Shown one piece after another: positions 30,317 to 39,173 of a stretch of 54,436 bases of DNA. The notes under the pieces were generated by a model. It did not search any database and had not been told where the DNA came from. It was given only the letters and a program-made list of their open reading frames with translations. Every line of letters starts with the position of its first letter. The stretch's first letter is position 1. The DNA is from Deltaproteobacteria bacterium (GTDB lineage: Bacteria > Desulfobacterota > Binatia > UBA9968), in assembly GCA_016180805.1 (NCBI GenBank), contig JACPAM010000112.1, positions 1-54,436 on the forward strand, written 5' to 3'. A program made the translations under genes and the position numbers.

Positions 30317-32287
30317 TCAGCTATCAGCCTCCGAATTGGAGCTGAGGGCTGAGCGCTGATTGCTATCATCAGCGTTTATGATCGAGTAAACCACGACTTT
30401 GTCGCGCTCATTTTGTTCCACCTCGCGGAGCTTTACCCGCACCCGCTCTCGGTCTGCGCTGGGGATGTGCTTGCCCACATAATCCGGTTTGACCGGCAGC
30501 TCCCGGAGCCCGCGATCGATGAGAACGGCCAAACGCACCGAACGGGGCCTGGCGGACTGAAAAATAAGACTGAGCGCGGCGCGCACGGTCCTGCCGGTAT
30601 GGATTACGTCGTCCACCAAAATGACCTCCCGATCGTGCAAATCAGGGGCGGGGAGTTTCGGGTCTTCGGGTAAGACCATTTCCGGCTGGCCGCCGGATCC
30701 ATACATCTCGATCTCCCTCGTCTCGAACCTTCTCTGCCATTGTTTTTCTAACTCACGGGCAATTCGGCGCGCCAAAAAAGCACCCTTGGTTCGAATCCCC
30801 ACGATGACCAAGCTGTCACGGTCCTCGGTCTCGCGCCCGATCGATTCGCTTATCCGCTTCACCGCCGCCCGGAGCTCGGCTTCATCCATGAGATTTCGTT
30901 GCGGGCCGGTCCGGTAGGGTTCGTAACCGAGTTCCTCGGCCTGCTTGATGGTGTCGAAAACGATCAGATCGCCCTCCCGAAGCCACCCGTCCACAATCTC
31001 CTTCAGACCCCTATCGTACGGGCAATATCGTTTCGATCGAACGTGTCCGACCAGTTGGACCTTGAAGCGATGGTCGCAGTAAAAGCATCTGAGGTTAAGC
31101 GTCTCACTGGAGCCGGGAGGAAGCACCTCAAACCGCAGGTCGGTCGATGTAGGTTCGGTTCGCGTTACGCAGTTGGCGTTGGCGCACGCCGAGATTGCGC
31201 CCTCCGGTCCCCGGTAGACTGTCAGATACTTTTTGGCGGGGTGCGAGGAAGCAGAGTCATTCATGAGAAAGCTTAGCAATGCCATCCGGACGGGGACACC
31301 GTAAGCCGCCTGTTTGAAGTAAATACCCCGGCGGTCCTTGTCGACGGCCGGCGATAACTCGTCCACCCGCGGCAAAGGATGCATGACGACCGCGTCTTTG
31401 AACCGTTTTTCCTTCAAAAACCGGTCCCCGATGCGCGGGTAGCTCGCCTCTCCTTCCGCTACGGGCTCGCGCAGCCGCTCCTTCTGCTTGCGCGTCACAT
31501 AAAAGGCATCGAACTTGAGCCCGGGCGCCATTTTGCTGAGATCGTCTTGCAACTCTTCGTCGACCCTGGTGAAAAGGGCTAGTTGGTGGGGCCGGTTCGG
31601 CGTGAGATAGATGGCGTCGGGTTGCTCGACCACCGCCTGGAGGTCCCGCGAGACGAGGGGCAATGGGCTGTAATGGTGCTCGTTTTGCAGCTTCTCGATC
31701 ACATACTCGGGAAGCTCCATGCCGTTAGCAGCCAAAGTCACGACGTGGACGCCAAAACGGGCCAAGGCGTAAACGAGCGAATGAACGGTCCGACCATGCT
31801 TGAGGTCGCCGCAAATGACCACGGTGAGTCCCTTGAGGTTGCCCTTTTCCTTTTTGAGGGTGTACAGGTCGCAAAGAGTCTGGGTGGGGTGCTCATGACT
31901 CCCATCTCCGGCATTGACCACTGGCACATCGGCAAATTCCGCCATCGCCTGCACCGCCCCATCCCAGTAATGGCGGATCACGAGCACGTCCGCATAGCTG
32001 GAGACCACTCTGGCGGTGTCCGCGATGCTTTCCCCCTTCGCCGCCGAAGACGACCGCATATCCGGGCAGCTGATGGCGGAGCCTCCGAGTCGCTGCATGG
32101 CAGATTCGAAGGAGAGCCGGGTGCGCGTGCTTGGCTCGTAGAAGAGCGTGGCCATGATCTTGCCCGCGCAGCTCTTGGCATGGGAAGCGATAGGGTTCAG
32201 ATCGACCATGGCATCGGCCAACTGGAAGATCTCTTCGATCTCGCGATCGGTCAGATCCGCAATCGAGACCAGATCCCTTTTTCTCAT
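30317..32287 (-). CDS. pyrB: aspartate carbamoyltransferase catalytic chain fused to a PyrI-type zinc domain and a PyrR-like phosphoribosyltransferase domain
   Basis: The PyrB part has EPSTRTRLSFE, HEHPTQTL and MHPLPRVDEL. The PyrI zinc domain reads ACANANCVTRTEP ... LRCFYCDHRF. The PyrR-like part reads IVGIRTKGAFLARRIA ... VILVDDVIHTGRTVRAAL ... LIDRGLRELPVKPDYVGKHIP. Confidence 0.85.
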   Translation of the reverse strand: MRKRDLVSIADLTDREIEEIFQLADAMVDLNPIASHAKSCAGKIMATLFYEPSTRTRLSFESAMQRLGGSAISCPDMRSSSAAKGESIADTARVVSSYADVLVIRHYWDGAVQAMAEFADVPVVNAGDGSHEHPTQTLCDLYTLKKEKGNLKGLTVVICGDLKHGRTVHSLVYALARFGVHVVTLAANGMELPEYVIEKLQNEHHYSPLPLVSRDLQAVVEQPDAIYLTPNRPHQLALFTRVDEELQDDLSKMAPGLKFDAFYVTRKQKERLREPVAEGEASYPRIGDRFLKEKRFKDAVVMHPLPRVDELSPAVDKDRRGIYFKQAAYGVPVRMALLSFLMNDSASSHPAKKYLTVYRGPEGAISACANANCVTRTEPTSTDLRFEVLPPGSSETLNLRCFYCDHRFKVQLVGHVRSKRYCPYDRGLKEIVDGWLREGDLIVFDTIKQAEELGYEPYRTGPQRNLMDEAELRAAVKRISESIGRETEDRDSLVIVGIRTKGAFLARRIARELEKQWQRRFETREIEMYGSGGQPEMVLPEDPKLPAPDLHDREVILVDDVIHTGRTVRAALSLIFQSARPRSVRLAVLIDRGLRELPVKPDYVGKHIPSADRERVRVKLREVEQNERDKVVVYSIINADDSNQRSALSSNSEADS

Positions 32288-32820
32288 CGCCAGCTCTTTA
32301 CCGTGATCTGATCGATTCCGTCCGATTCTCGGAGCCGGACATTGACCCTTTCGGAATTGGCTACCTGGACGTTCTTTCCCACGATATCCGCTCGGATAGG
32401 CAATTCGCGCTCGCCGCGGTCAACCAAAATGGCGACGAGGATCCGTTTCGGGTTTCCCAAGTGGCTGATCAAGTCCAGGGCTGCCCTGATGGTGCGACCG
32501 GTGTAAATCACGTCATCGACGACGACGACCGTTTTGTCATCCACGGAAACCGGGACTTCCGTGGCGGCCTTTTTCGAAAGCTCAGCGCTTCGGCTCCGGT
32601 CATCCCGATAAGCGGAAACATCGATGTCGCCGACAGGTGGAGCCGCGCCGGTAATGCCTTCAATCTTAGCTGCGATTCGCCGGACGAGATGCGCGCCGCG
32701 AGTGCGGATTCCCAAAAGGGTCAGGTCTTTTGTCCCACCGTTTTTCTCGACGATCTCGTGGGCTAACCGGCTGATGGTCCGGCTGACTTCGTCAGCCTCG
32801 AATAAAACCCGTCTCGTCAT
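32284..32820 (-). CDS. pyrR: bifunctional pyr operon regulator / uracil phosphoribosyltransferase PyrR
   Basis: LLGIRTRGAHLVRRIA ... DVSAYRDD ... VVVVDDVIYTGRTIRAALD ... LVDRGERELPIRADIVGKNV. The ATG is at 32820, and the stop overlaps the pyrB start (ATGA). Confidence 0.92.
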   Translation of the reverse strand: MTRRVLFEADEVSRTISRLAHEIVEKNGGTKDLTLLGIRTRGAHLVRRIAAKIEGITGAAPPVGDIDVSAYRDDRSRSAELSKKAATEVPVSVDDKTVVVVDDVIYTGRTIRAALDLISHLGNPKRILVAILVDRGERELPIRADIVGKNVQVANSERVNVRLRESDGIDQITVKSWR

Positions 32821-32824
32821 CGCC

Positions 32825-32860
32825 AAAAAAAAGACCCCTACGGCGTTACCGCAGGGGTCT
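32825..32860 (-). terminator. intrinsic terminator of the pyr attenuator
   Basis: On the minus strand: AGACCCCUGCGG UAACG CCGUAGGGGUCU followed by UUUUUUUU, ending 4 nt before the pyrR ATG. Confidence 0.7.
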
Positions 32861-32896
32861 TTGCCATGAGATTGCTCGTTTTTCTTTGTTCACAGC

Positions 32897-32932
32897 ATCC
32901 TTCCCAATCTCACCGGATTGGATTAAAGGCTA
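32897..32932 (-). promoter_or_regulatory. PyrR-binding-loop-like hairpin (anti-antiterminator candidate)
   Basis: On the minus strand: GCCUUUAAUCCAAUCCGGUGAGAUUGGGAAGG. It has a lower stem CCUU/AAGG, an internal UAAU, and an upper stem CCAAUC/GAUUGG. The 5' half matches the conserved CCUUUAA..CCA of PyrR sites. The terminal loop differs from the Bacillus consensus. Confidence 0.5.
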
Positions 32933-32992
32933 CTAGTTTTTTATATGGTTGAAACGGGCGGAAGTCAAGCGCTGCTTGGCTCTCCGACCCAA

Positions 32993-35014
32993 TCACTCGG
33001 CCGCGGTCGACACGGTAACGTATTTCTCGGCCTCGCTGCGCCACCATTCGCGCAGGAGCAGAGGTGTTGCGACGCTCGCGCCCACTATATTGACGACCCA
33101 TCCCACCAGCGCATCGCCTTGGAGCGGGATGAGAAGCCCGAGCGCCGAGAGGCCGAGAGCAAGCCGTATGGACAACCCGAGGGGCCGCACCCAGTAACCA
33201 ACCAGGGCCATGCCGAGGATCCAGGTGCCTGCGATCGCTGTGGTCAGAGACAAGGCGATCTCCCAAAGTTGCCCCTTCATCAAGAGCGCAGGAGAATACA
33301 CAAAGAGGAAAGGCACCACATACGCGAGGGCGGCTAAGCGGGTCCCCGCCCATCCCGTTCGCATGGGTGAGGCCCCGATAATGGAGGCCGCCGTGAAACT
33401 CGCAAAAGCGATCGGAGGCGTGATCACCGCAATCACGCCGAAGTAAAAGATAAAAAAATGAGCTGCCATCGGCAGAATACCGAACTGGACAAGCGCAGGG
33501 GCGACCAAAATCGCTAACAGCACGTAGACTGCCGAAGTCGGCAGGCCCATGCCAAGGATCATGCTGACGACCGCAGTGGACAGAAGCAGAACAAAGGCAT
33601 TACCTTTCCCAACCTCTAACAGAGCCGCGGAGAGCTTGAATCCAAGGCCAGTTACAGCCGCGACGCCGATGATGATCCCAGCGGCCGCGAGCAGAACGCC
33701 GAGATCGAGCATGGCACGCCCGGTAGCGGGCAGCGCTCGTAACAGACGAAGCGGCGCCGCGCGATTTTCTTTTCTGACAAAGCCAGCCGCTACCGCAGTA
33801 AAGGCGGCGACAGCCCCCGACTTACCCGCAGACAGTGGAATCAGAAACATAGCATAGACGAGGACAGCCAAAGGCAGGATAAAGGATAAGGTCTCTTTGA
33901 GTACAGGAGCAACCGGGGGGAGCTGATCCCGGGTGAGCCCGCGCAGGCCTATTTTGGCGGCTTCAAGATCGACCTGGACGAACAGCGCAATATAGTAAAG
34001 CAGCGCCGGGATTATCGCCGCGATGACCACTTCCCGATATGGCACGGCCAAGAACTCGGCCATAATGAAGGATGCGACCCCCATAACCGGAGGCATGATT
34101 TGCCCTCCTGTGGAGGCTACCGCTTCGATCGCGGCTGCTACGTGCGGCTTGTAGCCGATGGATTTCATCATGGGTATGGTAATCGCCCCGTCTACGGCGA
34201 CGTTGGCGACTGGGCTTCCGGAAATGGTCCCAAAAAGGCTTGAGGCAAGGATGGCAACTTTCGCCGGGCCGCCGCGGAAGCGCCCCAATGCGGCGGTTGC
34301 GAACGAGGTCAAGAGTAGACCCCCTCCGGTCCCCATGAGAATAGTGCCGAAAAGGATGAAGGGTAAAACGATGGAGGCGCCGGCGCTGAGTGGAATCCCG
34401 AGCAAGAAGTCAGAGCTCAGGTACAGGCTGTTGAGCAAGCTTTCCCATGAAGTACCCCGCCCGCCCAGCAGTCCGGGGATCAAATCCGTGAACCGGGCGT
34501 ACAACAGAAAAAGCAACAAGAGCCCGACGAGGAACCAACCTGCCACGCGCCTTAGAGCCTCCAGAATCAGGAAAACCGTGAGGAGGGCAAGCGGCATGCG
34601 CTCCCATGTGATGTAGCCTAGCTTCACCAGGGGCGCGGGATCGGAATAGAAGATCATCAGGTAAATGCCCGAGACGAGACCGGCCCCAGCCAAGCAGAGG
34701 TCATACCATGGTATCCTATCCCTTGCAGCGTTATCGCTAGCCGGCACAGCTAGAAACGTCCCGGAAAGGATAAGAGCTAGGAAGAGTCCTAGATACTGCT
34801 CGGTCAGAATCGCTTTGTGGACATAAGCGGGTACGTCCAGGACATACAAAAGCCCGCTTATTGGGATAGCGCTCAGGACCGTCGCTTCCAGCAGAGCTAA
34901 AGGCCCCTTTAAAGTTCGGAAGCGAGTCGTTTCAATTTCCAAAGGCAGATCCTTATTTTCCGCTTTCGCGGAGCAGTCGCTCCTGCTTCTGATCCAAATC
35001 ACGCGGCCACACAC
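32993..35014 (-). CDS. TRAP transporter fused permease (TAXI-type large membrane component)
   Basis: Polytopic membrane protein with many hydrophobic helices, lying downstream of two TAXI binding-protein genes. The real start may be TTG at 34942 (preceded by AAGGA) rather than ATG at 35014. Confidence 0.85.
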   Translation of the reverse strand: MCGRVIWIRSRSDCSAKAENKDLPLEIETTRFRTLKGPLALLEATVLSAIPISGLLYVLDVPAYVHKAILTEQYLGLFLALILSGTFLAVPASDNAARDRIPWYDLCLAGAGLVSGIYLMIFYSDPAPLVKLGYITWERMPLALLTVFLILEALRRVAGWFLVGLLLLFLLYARFTDLIPGLLGGRGTSWESLLNSLYLSSDFLLGIPLSAGASIVLPFILFGTILMGTGGGLLLTSFATAALGRFRGGPAKVAILASSLFGTISGSPVANVAVDGAITIPMMKSIGYKPHVAAAIEAVASTGGQIMPPVMGVASFIMAEFLAVPYREVVIAAIIPALLYYIALFVQVDLEAAKIGLRGLTRDQLPPVAPVLKETLSFILPLAVLVYAMFLIPLSAGKSGAVAAFTAVAAGFVRKENRAAPLRLLRALPATGRAMLDLGVLLAAAGIIIGVAAVTGLGFKLSAALLEVGKGNAFVLLLSTAVVSMILGMGLPTSAVYVLLAILVAPALVQFGILPMAAHFFIFYFGVIAVITPPIAFASFTAASIIGASPMRTGWAGTRLAALAYVVPFLFVYSPALLMKGQLWEIALSLTTAIAGTWILGMALVGYWVRPLGLSIRLALGLSALGLLIPLQGDALVGWVVNIVGASVATPLLLREWWRSEAEKYVTVSTAAE

Positions 35015-36044
35015 CGGCCTCTTTGTAAAACCGCACTGCCCCGGGGTGGTAGGGAATGCCGGGATCAGGGTCGACCATCGTTTCGGACTGCCATTCTTTC
35101 AGCGTAACGTGGATGGGCCACAGCTCCTTGTAACGCTCCCACAGAGTCCGTGCGATTTGGTAAGCGGCGGCCTCACTCAAAGCCTCCGCATGGCCAACCA
35201 GATAGTTGTAGTAACCCATGAACACGGTATCCTCTTTAAGAATACCGTAGCCGCCTTTCACGACGGTAAACTCACACGCTGGGATAACTCGTCGACACCT
35301 CTCCACGGCCTCTTTGCCCTTTGGTAGCGGCAGGTATCTCGCCCCCACAGCGGCCGCTGTTTCAACCGTGGCAGCGGTGGCCGGGGTTCCGGCAAAGATA
35401 GAGTCAACCCGTCCTTCCCTAAATGCCTCCTGTCCGCCCACGAAGCTCGCAACTGGAACCGGTGTCGTATCAGATGGAGTGAGACCAACTGTAGCCAACG
35501 TCGCTTCGATGTTCTTGTTGATGATGAAGTTGCCGCCGTGACCGCTGGCTACTCGCTTCCCTTTTAGGTCGGAAATGCTTTTGATTGGCGAGTCTTGCCG
35601 AACGATCAGCCCAATCCAGAGAGGAACCCCGCGTTGCACGAGTCGGATTTTTTGCGCCCGCTGCGGGTAACCGGCCTCCTTCACGCCGTGGAAAGCCCAA
35701 TTGGCGTCAGGAGCCGATACTAGACCCATCTCGATTTCGCCGCGGCTGAAGGTGGGCATCCACGCGTTGGGTCCGACCATGGGTTTGGCCAAAACCTTCA
35801 TCTGGCTGGAATCCGTCAGCACTTTTGCCACCGCCGTGCCTTGCGTGTAATAAACCGTGCCCACCGAATGCGTGGCGATGGCTAATTCCCGTGGCAAGGC
35901 CGGGGATTTTGCCGCCGCAGCTAGCCTTTGAGGTGAGCGCTCCGGCGATGAAGCGGGACCGCCAACGGCTGCTTGCACGAAGACAAGGCTGGTAAGCCAT
36001 AATGCTAAAGCAATCAACTCTTGGAATGTGCGAAGCTTGGGCAT
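34953..36044 (-). CDS. TAXI-family TRAP transporter solute-binding protein, copy 1
   Basis: It has a signal peptide, then GTVYYTQGTAVAKVL ... GLVSAPDANWAF ... GRVDSIFAGTPATAA. It is a close paralogue of the next gene. Confidence 0.88.
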   Translation of the reverse strand: MPKLRTFQELIALALWLTSLVFVQAAVGGPASSPERSPQRLAAAAKSPALPRELAIATHSVGTVYYTQGTAVAKVLTDSSQMKVLAKPMVGPNAWMPTFSRGEIEMGLVSAPDANWAFHGVKEAGYPQRAQKIRLVQRGVPLWIGLIVRQDSPIKSISDLKGKRVASGHGGNFIINKNIEATLATVGLTPSDTTPVPVASFVGGQEAFREGRVDSIFAGTPATAATVETAAAVGARYLPLPKGKEAVERCRRVIPACEFTVVKGGYGILKEDTVFMGYYNYLVGHAEALSEAAAYQIARTLWERYKELWPIHVTLKEWQSETMVDPDPGIPYHPGAVRFYKEAGVWPRDLDQKQERLLRESGK

Positions 36045-36077
36045 GTTCGGCCCCCTTTCGGAATGGTTGACCTATCC

Positions 36078-37169
36078 TTATTTTCCGCTTTCACGGAGCA
36101 GTCGCTCCTGCTTCTGATCCAAATCACGCGGCCACACGCCCGCCTCCTTGTAAAACCTCATCGCTCCGGGGTGGTAGGGAACCCCAGGGTTGGAGTCAAT
36201 CATTGTTTCGGGCTGCCATTCCTTCAATGTGACATGGATGGGCCACAACTCTTTGTAACGCTCCCACAGAGTCCGAGCGATCTGATATGCGGCGGCCTCG
36301 CTCAAAGCTTCCGCATGGCCCACGACGTAGGTGTAATAGCCCATGAGCAAAGTGTCCTCTTTAAGAATTCCGTAGCCGGCTTTCATCACCGTGAACTCAC
36401 AGCCCGGGACTACTCGTCGACACCTTTCTACCGCCTCTTGGGTTTTTGGCAAGGGAAGGTATCGCGCCCCCACAGCGGCCGCTGTTTCGATCGTGGCAGC
36501 GGTGGCCGGGGTTCCGGCAAAGATAGAGTCAACCCTTCCTTCCCTAAATGCTTCCTGTCCTCCCACAAAGCTCGCCACAGGAACCGGGATCGTATCAGCG
36601 GGAGTGAGACCTGCGGTGGCCAGAATGCCCTCGGTAATCTTGGTGATGATAAAGTTTCCGCCGTAACCGGAGGACACCCGTTTCCCCTTCAAGTCAGCGA
36701 TACTTTTGATCGGCGAATCCTGCCGAACGATCATCCCATTCCATATAGGCACGCCGCGCTGGATGAGCCGTATCTTAGTGGAGCGCTGCGGGTAACCCGC
36801 CTCCTTCACCCCGTGAAAAGCCCAACTGCCGTCCGGTGCCGAGAGAACACCCAGCTCGATTTCACCGCGGCTAAAGGTCGGCATCCACGCGTTGGGTCCG
36901 ACCATGGGTTTGGCCAGGACCTTCACTTGGCCGAAATCCGTGAGTACTTTTGCGACTGCAGTGGCGTGAGTGTAGTAGATCGTGCCCACCGAATGCGTGG
37001 CGATGCCTAATTCTCGTGGCAAGGCCGGCGATTTTGCCGCCGCAGCTAGCCGTTGAGGCGAGCGCTCCGGCGATGAAGCGGGACCGCCAACAGCTGCCTG
37101 CACGAAGACAAGGCTGATAAGCCACACTGCTACAACAACCGACTTCTGGAATACAGGAAACTTACGCAT
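36078..37169 (-). CDS. TAXI-family TRAP transporter solute-binding protein, copy 2
   Basis: Same length (363 aa) as copy 1. The N-terminal mature region and the C-terminal 60 aa are near-identical. Confidence 0.88.
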   Translation of the reverse strand: MRKFPVFQKSVVVAVWLISLVFVQAAVGGPASSPERSPQRLAAAAKSPALPRELGIATHSVGTIYYTHATAVAKVLTDFGQVKVLAKPMVGPNAWMPTFSRGEIELGVLSAPDGSWAFHGVKEAGYPQRSTKIRLIQRGVPIWNGMIVRQDSPIKSIADLKGKRVSSGYGGNFIITKITEGILATAGLTPADTIPVPVASFVGGQEAFREGRVDSIFAGTPATAATIETAAAVGARYLPLPKTQEAVERCRRVVPGCEFTVMKAGYGILKEDTLLMGYYTYVVGHAEALSEAAAYQIARTLWERYKELWPIHVTLKEWQPETMIDSNPGVPYHPGAMRFYKEAGVWPRDLDQKQERLLRESGK

Positions 37170-37320
37170 GTCGGGCCCCCTTTCGGAAGTGGTTGACCTA
37201 TGCTGGACGGCGCCAATTCTAGTGGCAAGACGGTCACGCTGTCAATCAACGGTTGAGTGGCGTGGTTTTCGCTGCCGCTCCAAGCGCCTCATAGGTGTTA
37301 GGCAGGTGTGCAATGTCCGA

Positions 37321-38139
37321 TCACGTGCGGATGGCGAGCACGTCCAGATACTCCGACTCGACCCTGGTGGTGCCATCGGTCGCTCGATTGTGGTCCGACC
37401 AGAGGCGTTCCAAGTCCCGCCGGTACGCCCCCTGCTTGTCAGCGTCGAGTGCGTCGAACGCCCGCTGCGTCGGCCCGTAATACTGGCGCCAGAATTCGAC
37501 GACTTCGGGCGCGGCGAAAGGAAAGTTGAACGTCATGAACCGCCGCTGAAATCGAAGCTCCGCAAGCTTTTTGCCGAAGCGCTGCTCGACGGTCGCCTCG
37601 TCGCCCCAAAGCACCGGCGGTGCCATTCCAGCGGGTGGCGGCACATAGGCAGACGTGGTCTTGAATATCTGTCCGATGAATCCTCCCGGGACCCAGTTTG
37701 CCATTGCGATGAGTCCGCCCGGCCTGCAGACGCGGGTCAACTCTTCCGCTGCCTTCCAAGGCCGCGGCGCAAACATGGCGCCGAACATCGTAACGACGAC
37801 GTCGAATGCGTCATCGGGATAGGACATCTCCTCGGCGTCACCCTCGTCGAACTGGATGGTCAGCCCTTCTGCCCTGGCGTGCGCACGCCCGGCATCGAGC
37901 AGATTCGGGGCAATGTCGACGCCGGTGACCGTGGCGCCCGCTCGCGCCGCCGGCAGTGCCAGGTTTCCAGTGCCGCACGCTACATCGAGCACGCGCATGC
38001 CTGGCCGTAGATCGAGACGCGCGATAAACTCTGCGGCGCCGCGCTCATAGGACTTGGCGATCTGGTCAAAGTCACCCGCCATCCATGTCGCTCGCAGCTT
38101 CGATTTCAACAGCGCCAGATCTGGTTTTGGTTGCTCCAT
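37321..38139 (-). CDS. class I SAM-dependent methyltransferase
   Basis: VLDVACGTGNLALPAA (motif I) ... FDVVVTMFGAMF ... RVCRPGGLIAMANW. Confidence 0.88.
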   Translation of the reverse strand: MEQPKPDLALLKSKLRATWMAGDFDQIAKSYERGAAEFIARLDLRPGMRVLDVACGTGNLALPAARAGATVTGVDIAPNLLDAGRAHARAEGLTIQFDEGDAEEMSYPDDAFDVVVTMFGAMFAPRPWKAAEELTRVCRPGGLIAMANWVPGGFIGQIFKTTSAYVPPPAGMAPPVLWGDEATVEQRFGKKLAELRFQRRFMTFNFPFAAPEVVEFWRQYYGPTQRAFDALDADKQGAYRRDLERLWSDHNRATDGTTRVESEYLDVLAIRT

Positions 38140-38412
38140 AGGTTACCTCCTTGGTTGTCGTACGGAATGAACTGCCTATCTATTAAGGGAGCCGCCGGGG
38201 GCGTGCGGCTTCCGGCGGCCTAGCCCGGACGGCTCTTCACCCTCTCTTAAAGCACATTCATGGCTAATATCCCTCATTTACGAAAAATTTGCCAAACATT
38301 TTCTCACCCAAAAATATTCCGATTCTGGCACTCATTCCCCTATTGGCCCGCAGCCTATTTCCGCGTGAGCAGTTCTACCCGCTATAGAAGGGCGGCTGCG
38401 TCGATAAGAAAC

Positions 38413-39165
38413 TCACGGCATCACCATTCCGCCGTTGACGTGCAGGGTTTGCCCGGTCATATATCCGCTGTCGTCGCCGGCCAGAAATGCCACGCCTTCG
38501 GCGATCTCGGCAGGCTCGGCCGCTCTCCCCATCGGGATCTCCCGTCCCTTCGCTGCCCACGTTTCCGCATCATACTGCCCCATGACCCGCTGGGTGGCCG
38601 TTCGGCCCGGCGCAATGACGTTGGCGCGCACTCCGTAGGGAGCCAGCTCGGCGGCGATGGACTTCGTAAAGGCGATGATTCCGGCCTTTGCGGCCGAATA
38701 GGCCGTGCGTGTCGCGCTTCCCGTGACACCATAATTTGACGCCGTGTTGATGATGGAGCCCGACCTCTGCGTTTTCATGATGGGGAAGACGGCTTGGCAG
38801 CAGAGAAACGTGCTTTTGAGGTTGGCATCGATCACTTCCCGCCATTCCTTTAAGGGAAAATCCTGAATGAGTTTTGCATGGAGCGTGCCACCGGCAAGGT
38901 TAACGAGGACGTCGATGCGGCGAAACTCGGCCCTGACGCGTTCGAAGGCGCCGTGGACTTGAGGCTTTTTGGTCACATCGACCAAAAGAAAGGCGCCTTG
39001 GCCTTCCTGGAGACCGAGCCTTGCCAGGACCTCGCGACCCAGGCTTTCGTCCCTGTCCAGGATGACCGGAACGAAGCCGCCCTGAGCGAGCCGCGATACT
39101 ACGGCGGCCCCGATCCCTCCGGCGCCTCCCGAGACGACGGCGATTTTTTTCTCCGATGTTTCCAT
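38413..39165 (-). CDS. SDR-family oxidoreductase
   Basis: KIAVVSGGAGGIGAAV (TGxxxGIG), NLAG, and YSAAKAG (YxxxK). The start was placed at METSEKK (ATG 39165). Confidence 0.9.
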   Translation of the reverse strand: METSEKKIAVVSGGAGGIGAAVVSRLAQGGFVPVILDRDESLGREVLARLGLQEGQGAFLLVDVTKKPQVHGAFERVRAEFRRIDVLVNLAGGTLHAKLIQDFPLKEWREVIDANLKSTFLCCQAVFPIMKTQRSGSIINTASNYGVTGSATRTAYSAAKAGIIAFTKSIAAELAPYGVRANVIAPGRTATQRVMGQYDAETWAAKGREIPMGRAAEPAEIAEGVAFLAGDDSGYMTGQTLHVNGGMVMP

Positions 39166-39173
39166 ATTTCCCC

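Noticed and set aside
30320-30365. Shared 11-mer ctgagcgctga here and at about 23813-23823
   Set aside because: It is a short palindromic match within a coding tail and an intergenic region. It is most likely chance in a GC-rich sequence.
36021-38010. 329-aa and 280-aa plus-strand ORFs
   Set aside because: They are antisense to the TAXI binding-protein gene and the methyltransferase gene.
38185-38225. Hairpin gccgccgg ... ccggcggc as a terminator after the SDR gene
   Set aside because: It has a 13-nt loop and no U tract on the minus strand, so it is not convincing as an intrinsic terminator.
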